Source of the DNA: Candidatus Pacearchaeota archaeon
GTDB taxonomy: Archaea; Nanobdellota; Nanobdellia; Pacearchaeales; UBA284
Assembly (NCBI GenBank): GCA_026395795.1
Contig: JAPLYB010000015.1
Location: 1-61,505, forward strand
Length of the DNA stretch: 61,505 nt
Direction of reading: 5' to 3'
Shown here in pieces: positions 54,657 to 61,505 of this stretch (its first letter is position 1; every line of letters begins with the position of its first letter). The notes under the pieces were generated by a model. The model had not been told where the DNA came from, did not search any database, and saw only the letters and a list, made by a program, of their open reading frames with translations. The translations under genes and the position numbers were made by a program.

Positions 54657-55916
54657 ATGCTATCTAATGTTATGATGCTGGATGCATTAGAAATATTGAA
54701 GAATGAAGAAAGACTTAGAGTAAAAATTGCTTCTGATTTTAGGCAAGAACTTTTGAAATCTTTAAATCAAAGAGATATTGCAAATCTTTCTAAGATTTTG
54801 GCGGTTCATATTAGAACATTGGAAAGAAAGTTGAATAATATAAAAGGAAATTCTTTTTTGTTGTCAGAATTATTGAAAATAGTTTCTTATCTTGGCATTA
54901 ACAAAAATCATGTGTGTGGTAATATAACCAAAATAAAACTTGGTAAAAATTCAACATGGATTTCTCCATTAAGGATGAAATTAGATGAGGGGTATACAGA
55001 GGGAGTAGGGTATTATGTGGGCGATGGTAGAGCTAGAACAAATAGAAGTGTCTCAACAGTAAACAACAATGAGCTTACTTTAATGTTTTTTGTGAATTGG
55101 CTTACTACTTATTTTAGAATCAAGCCACAACACATAAGGGCAACCGTATATTGGCCAAACAATGATTTTAATGAGAATGAAGTAAATTTACATTTTTCTA
55201 GAATTTTACGTCTTCCACTCCAAAATATCCGGGTTGTTGAACGCAAAGGAAAGAGAATACTAAGCCCTTTAGTTGAAATTGGCCATAATAATACAACTTT
55301 AAAAAAATTGTATGATAAATCCATAATCATCGTGAAAAACCTTTGTATAAATAATGAAGATTATGCTATCGCTTATTTAAGGGGAATTCTTGTAGCAGAG
55401 GGTTCTCCTAAACATCATAAGCCTTCTTCAAGTAGAGGCGTGCACATAAAAATGAAATCAAAAGAATTAAGTGAATTTAACAAAACACTTCTTATTAAGA
55501 TAGGTTGTAAACCAGCTATTTATCCAACATCTGATGGTGAATGGGTTGTTTGTTTATCTGGGGTCGATGATTTAGAAAGAATAAAGGATATAGATGGCTT
55601 TAAGTATCATTCTAAAAAACGAGAAAAATTAATTCAGATGTTGAATACTTATAAGCATAAACAAGTAAAGAAAGGGGATGTTGAAGAGATTTATTTAAAA
55701 AGAATTTTTGAACTTATACAAATTAGGAAAAGAGGAATTAGTGTTGATGATTTGGCTAATTTTTTTAAAAGAGAAAGAAGTGGTGTGGCCAATGTTTTAC
55801 ATTCTTTAACCAAGAGGGGCATGGTTAAGAGAAGGCATATAACTAAAACAGGTTCTCCCTATTCATATAACCTAACTAAGAAAGGAAAAGTATTGTTATC
55901 TTCATTTAGAAGATGA
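54657..55916 (+). CDS. LAGLIDADG-domain protein fused to a C-terminal winged-helix domain
   Basis: GVGYYVGDGRA and AYLRGILVAEGSPK (two LAGLIDADG-like motifs). C-terminal ISVDDLANFFKRERSGVANVLHSLTKRGMVKRR. Confidence 0.7.
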   Translation: MLSNVMMLDALEILKNEERLRVKIASDFRQELLKSLNQRDIANLSKILAVHIRTLERKLNNIKGNSFLLSELLKIVSYLGINKNHVCGNITKIKLGKNSTWISPLRMKLDEGYTEGVGYYVGDGRARTNRSVSTVNNNELTLMFFVNWLTTYFRIKPQHIRATVYWPNNDFNENEVNLHFSRILRLPLQNIRVVERKGKRILSPLVEIGHNNTTLKKLYDKSIIIVKNLCINNEDYAIAYLRGILVAEGSPKHHKPSSSRGVHIKMKSKELSEFNKTLLIKIGCKPAIYPTSDGEWVVCLSGVDDLERIKDIDGFKYHSKKREKLIQMLNTYKHKQVKKGDVEEIYLKRIFELIQIRKRGISVDDLANFFKRERSGVANVLHSLTKRGMVKRRHITKTGSPYSYNLTKKGKVLLSSFRR

Positions 55917-57437
55917 TTTATTTAGATAATCTATAATTTTGTTAATAGGCAATCTTATTTGAGTCATGTTATCACGATTTCTAATAGTTATAGAATTATC
56001 TTTAAGAGTCTGTCCATCGACGGTAATACACCACATCGTGCCAATTTCATCTTGTCTCCGATATCTTCTTCCTATACTGCCCGATTCGTCATAAAAACAT
56101 TTAAATTGCGGTTTTAGAAGAGCATAAACTTTTTTTGATAATTCAGGCATGCCTTCTTTGTTAACTAAGGGAAAGATAGCAACTTGAACTGGCGAGAGAG
56201 ATTTAGGGAATGAGAAAATTGTTCTGTCATCTTTAGGTTCTTCTTTATATGTTAATTCTAAAATAGCATACAATGTCCTGTCTACACCCGCTGAAAGTTC
56301 AAAAACATTGGGCAAGATTTTCTTTCCAACACTTTCGTCAACTATTTCAAAAGATTGTTTTGAGGCTTTTTGATGTCCTGAAAGATCGTAATCTCCTCGA
56401 TGGTTGCAGGCGCATAATTCCAACCAACCTGTGCTTACTTGAACTTCAAAGTCCCATGTTTCTTTTGAATAAAATGGCCGGTCATTTTCATTCACGTATC
56501 TAAAACGCATTTTATCTTCTGGGATTCCGAGTTTAAGGTAGAATTGTTTTAATCTTGATAAGTAATAGGCAACAAGTTTACTTTTTACGATATTCTTCTT
56601 GACAGATTCTTCGCTAGAAACTCGCTGGAGTTTATCTTTAAGATATATGGGAAGGATTTCTTTCTTTACAGGGTTTAGATTAAAATCATTTTCTTTTTCA
56701 GGGTTAAAGAAGATTTCAATCTCCATCTGGTTGATTTCTCTTTCTCTGATAAGGCCTTGTCTTGGGGCTATTTCATTTCTAAATACTTTTCCAGTTTGAG
56801 CTATTCCAAATGGAAGCTTAACTCGACATGTTTTGAAAATCCTTGGGAAGTTGACAAAAATAGACTGACATGTTTCTGGTCTAAAATAAGCTTCTTTTAG
56901 TTCTGCACCCACCCCTGTTTTTAACATCATGTTCCATCTTTCTGTTTTGTTAAAAAAGGACTTGCATTTTGGGCACACTATTTTATTCTTTTTCAGTAAT
57001 TCATCATATTTCTCATTTTCAAGTTTTTCCGGAATCTCTTGTTTTGTTATATCTTGAATTAGTTTATCTGCTCTAGTCTTAAATCCACATTTTGAACAAG
57101 TGATTAATGGATCATCAAAATTTTTTAGATGCCCTGATGCTTGGAACACAGACTTCGGAAGAATCTGGCAACCGTCTATTTCAATCATGTTTTCTTTTTC
57201 AATCAACTCTTCTCTCCAAACCTGGAGGATGTTGTTCTTTAGAGCCAGCCCATTTGGACCATATTCAAAAAAACCAGCCAGTTTGTCAGAATAGATCTCA
57301 GCTGTTGGCCAGAAAAAACCCCTACTTGCGGCTATTTCTGCTACTTTATCAAAGATTTTATTATCTTCTTTTTTGTTGCATGAAAATTTCTTTGAATTTT
57401 CGGCACGCCCAAAATTTTCCATTTTGATTGTTTCCAT
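55902..57437 (-). CDS. glyS: glycyl-tRNA synthetase (archaeal/eukaryotic alpha2 type)
   Basis: RGFFWPTAEIYSDKLAGFFEYGPNG, FRNEIAPRQGLIREREINQMEIE (class II motif 2) and a C-terminal anticodon-binding domain. Confidence 0.9.
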   Translation of the reverse strand: METIKMENFGRAENSKKFSCNKKEDNKIFDKVAEIAASRGFFWPTAEIYSDKLAGFFEYGPNGLALKNNILQVWREELIEKENMIEIDGCQILPKSVFQASGHLKNFDDPLITCSKCGFKTRADKLIQDITKQEIPEKLENEKYDELLKKNKIVCPKCKSFFNKTERWNMMLKTGVGAELKEAYFRPETCQSIFVNFPRIFKTCRVKLPFGIAQTGKVFRNEIAPRQGLIREREINQMEIEIFFNPEKENDFNLNPVKKEILPIYLKDKLQRVSSEESVKKNIVKSKLVAYYLSRLKQFYLKLGIPEDKMRFRYVNENDRPFYSKETWDFEVQVSTGWLELCACNHRGDYDLSGHQKASKQSFEIVDESVGKKILPNVFELSAGVDRTLYAILELTYKEEPKDDRTIFSFPKSLSPVQVAIFPLVNKEGMPELSKKVYALLKPQFKCFYDESGSIGRRYRRQDEIGTMWCITVDGQTLKDNSITIRNRDNMTQIRLPINKIIDYLNKSSSK

Positions 57438-57478
57438 ATTAAGTTTTAGGCTTGAGAGTTTTTAAATTATTTCTTGTC

Positions 57479-58093
57479 TTATATGAACACTGCCCAGTTT
57501 ATTTTATTCAAGAAGTACATGGCTGTTGCTGCAGCCAATGGAACAACAAGATTATCATCTGCATCTGTCTCTCCTAATTTAATTGAAATTGCTTCTGCAA
57601 CCATTCCAAAAAAAGCACCAACTGCTGCCGATAACGGATCAATTACAATGATCGCAAATAAAAAGGCAACCACCATCCCACAGAACGTACCAAAAAGACT
57701 CTTCCATTTTCTAAAAGGATTAATCTTATACTTTGCTCCAAAAAATCCTGCTAGATAACTAACGGAATCCCCGAAAGTCAAAACAAGTATTGATGCCATG
57801 GCGACATCTCTTGGAAAAAGCAGTATTACTATGGCCGCCCCAACTAAAAAAAATATCGCCCCTTTCAATGGAAATTTTTTCTCACTGTCTTTTCCAACTT
57901 TTTCTAAAATTTTTATTTTATATCTTAGATTGACTACTGTGATAAAAACTGTGAACAAAAATAGAACAAGAAGAAGTCTGATAAAAATGCTTTGTTCTAT
58001 TGTTTGAAGTCCAGCTACAATTAACAACCCAAAGAGTATATGGATTAATTTCCTTAAGATCTCTTTGTTATCATTCATTTTTCTTATTTGCAA
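57479..58093 (-). CDS. CTP-transferase-1-family membrane protein (dolichol/polyprenol kinase-like)
   Basis: Polytopic, with RKLIHILFGLL and FGDSVSYLAGFFGAKYKINPFRKWKSLFGTFCG. Confidence 0.6.
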   Translation of the reverse strand: MQIRKMNDNKEILRKLIHILFGLLIVAGLQTIEQSIFIRLLLVLFLFTVFITVVNLRYKIKILEKVGKDSEKKFPLKGAIFFLVGAAIVILLFPRDVAMASILVLTFGDSVSYLAGFFGAKYKINPFRKWKSLFGTFCGMVVAFLFAIIVIDPLSAAVGAFFGMVAEAISIKLGETDADDNLVVPLAAATAMYFLNKINWAVFI

Positions 58094-58679
58094 TTTTTAG
58101 TATTAAAAGTGGGATAATATAGCCCAAAACTGCGCCAGCAATAACATCACTTAGATAATGCACCCCTTGCCAAACTCTTGACAAGCCGATTATTATTGAA
58201 ATAACTAGCCAAATTGACTTTAAAGTCTTGCTTTTTAAAAATGGGAGGGCCGTGAATGCAAATGCTGTATGACCTGAAGGAAAGGATTTGTCTCCTGAAA
58301 ACGAAAGGAGATCTTGTGGTCTTTGTCTTGATATAATGATCTTTAATGCAACAACAACCGCCTCGACTACTAGAAGACTTATGAATAAAATAGGAATTTT
58401 TTTCTTCTTTTTTTTGATCTTTTTGTCTAAGATGATAAATAAAATTTGTAATGCTAAAATAACTCCGTAAAACATAAGATAGTTATTTTCAAAGAAAGAG
58501 ATTCCCAGATTTATTTCATATTTTTCTTTGATATTCTGTGCAAAAGAAAGAATTTGTTTATCAAAAATCAAAGATGTAAGGAAAAGGATTACGAGAACTA
58601 CTATTGGGCATATCAAACCCCTCTTAAATATCCTTTTTGGAGATTTATTTTTGTCTTTTAACATTTTTGTAATCTTCAA
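58071..58679 (-). CDS. PAP2-family phosphatase (polyprenyl-diphosphate phosphatase-like)
   Basis: The PAP2 motifs KIIISRQRP, SFPSGH and SRVWQGVHYLSDV. Confidence 0.8.
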   Translation of the reverse strand: MKITKMLKDKNKSPKRIFKRGLICPIVVLVILFLTSLIFDKQILSFAQNIKEKYEINLGISFFENNYLMFYGVILALQILFIILDKKIKKKKKKIPILFISLLVVEAVVVALKIIISRQRPQDLLSFSGDKSFPSGHTAFAFTALPFLKSKTLKSIWLVISIIIGLSRVWQGVHYLSDVIAGAVLGYIIPLLILKIANKKNE

Positions 58680-58747
58680 GATTTTAGATATAACTTCTTT
58701 GATATCTCAATCTAAATCTATTTAAATAAATTAGCCTATGGATAAAG

Positions 58748-59299
58748 ATGATGAAAAAAGAGAATATCTTATTTTTAGATGTCTTAATTAGATATGCCGT
58801 TATAGCAGCATCTATCTTTGTTATCCCTTTGTTTTATTTTGCTTTGAAAACTCCGACAACGCAAGTTTTATACTTTATTATGCATTTTTTCTATAATGTT
58901 AATGTTAACGGAAACATTTTAACCTTTTTTATTTCTGGAAACTTGTTCAATGTGGAAATAATCGATGCTTGTGTGGCAGGAAGCGCATTTTTTCTTTTGC
59001 TTATATTGAATCTATCTACAAAAGGAATAAGTTTTATAAAAAGGGTTTATCTGTTCCTTTTTGATGCTCTCATCCTATTTTTAGTTAATATCATAAGACT
59101 AATGGTAATTATACCTCTCTATCTCCAAGAGTCTGCGTTCTTTCCAATAGCCCACCAAATTTTTTGGTATGGACTAAGCATAATCTTTGTTATCGTAATA
59201 TGGCTTTTTGGAACCCGAGTTTTTAGAATAAGAGAAATTCCTGTTTATTCTGATGTTTGTTGGCTAATTGGGAAGAGTAAGAAAGCACAGCGAGCTTAG
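58748..59299 (+). CDS. putative archaeosortase/exosortase-family membrane protein
   Basis: Polytopic, 183 aa, with a conserved-looking Cys (EIIDACVAGSAFF), a later Arg (NIIRLMVI) and a His (PIAHQIFWYG), in the order expected for exosortase-like transpeptidases. Confidence 0.45.
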   Translation: MMKKENILFLDVLIRYAVIAASIFVIPLFYFALKTPTTQVLYFIMHFFYNVNVNGNILTFFISGNLFNVEIIDACVAGSAFFLLLILNLSTKGISFIKRVYLFLFDALILFLVNIIRLMVIIPLYLQESAFFPIAHQIFWYGLSIIFVIVIWLFGTRVFRIREIPVYSDVCWLIGKSKKAQRA

Positions 59300-59347
59300 T
59301 ATTCAAATTAAGTAAGTTGTTGTAAGTCTGTGCCTTTAACTTTTTGC

Positions 59348-59632
59348 TTAACCAAACAATGCTGCTAAACCTTCGGCTGCTTCTTCTTCTTTTGGCTTTT
59401 CTTCTTTCTTGGCTTCTGGTTGTTTTGCTCCGCCAGCTGCTGGGGCTGATGCCACAACTGCTGCTTCACTAATTGCTTTGTTAATGTCGACGCCTTTTAT
59501 GGATGTTACTAACGTTTTTATCTTTGCTTCATCAGCTGTTACACCAGCTGCTTGTATCACTGCTTTCAGACTAGCTTCGGTTATCTCTTTGCCAAGTTTG
59601 TTTAGCAACAAAGCTGCATATATGTATTCCAT
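59348..59632 (-). CDS. rpl12: ribosomal stalk protein P1 (archaeal L12)
   Basis: [19 protein letters not shown]... and the acidic tail [13 protein letters not shown]. Confidence 0.92.
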   Translation of the reverse strand: MEYIYAALLLNKLGKEITEASLKAVIQAAGVTADEAKIKTLVTSIKGVDINKAISEAAVVASAPAAGGAKQPEAKKEEKPKEEEAAEGLAALFG

Positions 59633-59633
59633 T

Positions 59634-60428
59634 TTATTGTATATTTTGATTTAATATTTGATTTAATGCGAGTGCGTGCGTGGCAGCTTTCCCTAAAATC
59701 AACCCAATTATCTCTTTGCAAGGGAAATCTGTATTGTAAGCGAGATTGAGCGCTTCTGTTGAAGCCTGTTTTAGCCTGTTTAGTGTTTCTTCTTTGTCGA
59801 TTACTGGATTTTCATAATCTTTATCTTCTTTTGAATCATGAGCGATTAATGGTTTAATTGAGATGCTTACCGGCTTTATTTCTAGTCGGTCTAGAACAAT
59901 TGTGAGCTCTCCGGATATTTTGCTTCCTGCAGGAATCAGATGCGACTCTTTAATCGCAATTTTTCCCTGATCAATTCCAACTTTTATATTTGCATTTGAA
60001 AATTCAGTTATTGCTGGTCCGGCCATAATATCTGTTGTGCATGGTTCGATTAGAATATCTTTTTCAACTATTTGCCCAGCCTTCATTTTTGATTTGATCT
60101 TTAATTCTGATAGTAATGAAGAGAGCTCAAATGGTTCTAATTGAGAGAAGATAATAACCACATTTTTCTCAATTTTTTTATTAAGATTTGTTAATTTTGC
60201 TTCATCCATGGCTTTTATTGCAACTTTCTTTTTAGAGACAATTACTGTTGCTTTGCCTTTCAGAGACTTTTTAATCTTTTGGAACTGAGCAGAGGGCAAA
60301 CCTTCGATTGAAGCAATCATTATTGTTCTGTTCTGCTTAGAAAGATCAACCAGTTTTTTTAATAATTTCTGTTTTTTCTCTGGAACTTTTCTTTCTATTT
60401 GTTTTTCTGATAATTTTTTTATTGCCAT
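59634..60428 (-). CDS. rpl10: ribosomal protein uL10 (P0)
   Basis: 264 aa lying between the L1 and P1 genes, with an L10-like N-domain (..[39 protein letters not shown]..). It lacks a long acidic tail. Confidence 0.85.
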   Translation of the reverse strand: MAIKKLSEKQIERKVPEKKQKLLKKLVDLSKQNRTIMIASIEGLPSAQFQKIKKSLKGKATVIVSKKKVAIKAMDEAKLTNLNKKIEKNVVIIFSQLEPFELSSLLSELKIKSKMKAGQIVEKDILIEPCTTDIMAGPAITEFSNANIKVGIDQGKIAIKESHLIPAGSKISGELTIVLDRLEIKPVSISIKPLIAHDSKEDKDYENPVIDKEETLNRLKQASTEALNLAYNTDFPCKEIIGLILGKAATHALALNQILNQNIQ

Positions 60429-60436
60429 TTTTATTA

Positions 60437-61060
60437 TTAAGCCTTAACCTTTACTGGTTTGCTCATTGTAAATTTAATCATCACATTTCTTAGATTGAAC
60501 TCTTTTTTTGGAAGAGCGGCCATTACAGCTTTAAATGTTTTATCCAAATTTTCTGCAAGAACATCATCTTTCATTGATTCTTTTCCGATAGCTATCTTTA
60601 GACTCTTCTCTTTTGCTTTTATTTTGATTGTCTTTTCAAGTTTTTCTGCTAATTGTTTAAGTAATTCTTCTTGTTCTTGCATTAAAACTCCTCCTATTTT
60701 TGGATCTGGCATTTTTCCAGCTACCCCTAGTACCTTTCCAAATTTTGATGCAACAACGGGCATAAGTTTTGCACTTGCGACAAAATAATCAAATTCTCTT
60801 GAGAATTTTTTCATCTCCTTCGGAGTTATCTTCTCAAGATCTGATTTTGTAAATATCTTTGAAACTGCTTCTGATTTTGTTATCTTCTCTAAAAAAGCAG
60901 CAACTTTCTTTTTTTGAGCATTTTCTAAAATAAGAAAAGTATTTATTGATTCTCTTTGAGGATCAAAATTCTTTAAATTTACAATTATCTCAATGGTCTG
61001 ATCAAAATTCCTTTTTTCAGAGATATCCCTTAATTGTTTTAGTGCTTCTTTGAAATTCAT
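60437..61060 (-). CDS. rpl1: ribosomal protein uL1
   Basis: ..FDQTIEIIVNLKNFDP.. and ..FDYFVASAKLMPVVASKFGKVLGVAGKMPDPK.. are typical L1 blocks. Confidence 0.9.
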   Translation of the reverse strand: MNFKEALKQLRDISEKRNFDQTIEIIVNLKNFDPQRESINTFLILENAQKKKVAAFLEKITKSEAVSKIFTKSDLEKITPKEMKKFSREFDYFVASAKLMPVVASKFGKVLGVAGKMPDPKIGGVLMQEQEELLKQLAEKLEKTIKIKAKEKSLKIAIGKESMKDDVLAENLDKTFKAVMAALPKKEFNLRNVMIKFTMSKPVKVKA

Positions 61061-61505
61061 TTTATAGTAAATTTCTTAGTTATCTTTAAATTTTCTAAAT
61101 ACCAAACAAATGATTTTGTTTGCTATAATCCTCCTACGCTAAGAAACGTAGTATGCTCGTTAAGAGCTTTTTGGATAATTGTTATGGATTAGTGGGTTTT
61201 TAAAGTTTACGAGCGGTCTTTATCTTTTCCATTCCGCTATATCGGGGTGAAAATCAACTTGATATTCTGGGATTCCTAAGGAAATTCCATATTCTTTTGC
61301 CTTGTCATATTGTTCCTTGATTTTTCTATCAACAAAGAAGACTTTGTTTTTAAAAATAATATAATTGTTAAGCCAATAATCAAACTTAACATTCTAGAAT
61401 TTTTGTCCAAAAATTCTCATCGACAGATTTAAATATCAATTATCTCTTATTTTTTTGTCTCTCTCTTTTCTCTCTCTTGAGAATGAGAAAACATGAAGAA
61501 GAATA

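Noticed and set aside
61061-61200. Possible L1 autoregulatory mRNA structure upstream of rpl1
   Set aside because: Small hairpins are present (gctc-ttaac-gagc, ctacg-tttcttag-cgtag, caaaca/tgtttg). I cannot match them to the 23S rRNA L1-binding mimic without an alignment.
61223-61393. Minus-strand open frame NVKFDYWLNNYIIFKNKVFFVDRKIKEQYDKAKEYGISLGIPEYQVDFHPDIAEWKR
   Set aside because: The sequence is protein-like, but there is no in-frame ATG/GTG/TTG after the upstream TAG. It is possibly a gene remnant and is not reported as a feature.
1-61505. CRISPR arrays and rRNA genes
   Set aside because: I saw no regularly spaced 24-40-bp repeats with unique spacers and no rRNA-like conserved stretches anywhere in the window.

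Overview
AT-rich archaeal chromosome segment. The archaeal assignment rests on PolD DP1/DP2, Orc1/Cdc6, ribosomal proteins L1/P0/P1, archaeal-type TyrRS and GlyRS, Hef/XPF and an intron-containing tRNA. The small, Lys-rich proteins and a putative archaeosortase-like gene suggest a DPANN-type lineage, but that is inference only.

The window has two parts.

(1) About 1-22.4 kb is an accessory, defence or mobile-element island. It contains:
- a transposase remnant at the left edge;
- two inverted AbrB-nucleotidyltransferase modules, each with a small helical protein;
- a tightly packed 7-gene MazG / DUF2075 nuclease-ATPase / WYL operon in which five members have no assignable function (my best candidate for an undescribed system);
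- a Fic gene flanked by 25-bp perfect direct repeats;
- an RHH/RelE-like toxin-antitoxin pair;
- an 8-gene closely packed minus-strand chain (six genes joined by 4-nt overlaps): GrpB, DUF1284, methyltransferase-like, NTase, P-loop kinase, a tyrosine recombinase interrupted by a LAGLIDADG intein, an HNH nuclease and a membrane-inserted PLD;
- winged-helix regulators, and a purine-skewed repeat-bearing non-coding block.

(2) About 22.4-61.5 kb is mostly core genome. It contains:
- an Lhr-type helicase, PRPP synthetase and a tRNA-Ser(CGA) with a 13-nt intron;
- a textbook replication origin (inverted ORB-like boxes around an AT-rich unwinding element) directly upstream of orc1/cdc6-DP1-DP2;
- purF, tyrS, a DRG-type GTPase, an M16 peptidase, an arginase-family enzyme and ThpR;
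- a split Hef (helicase and XPF nuclease separated by a free-standing LAGLIDADG gene and a glutaredoxin);
- tRNA-Ala(GGC) with a duplicated 3' end, glyS, lipid-carrier enzymes and the L1-P0-P1 ribosomal protein operon.

I saw no rRNA genes and no CRISPR arrays. All family assignments come from motifs read by eye in the translated ORFs; no database search was run.
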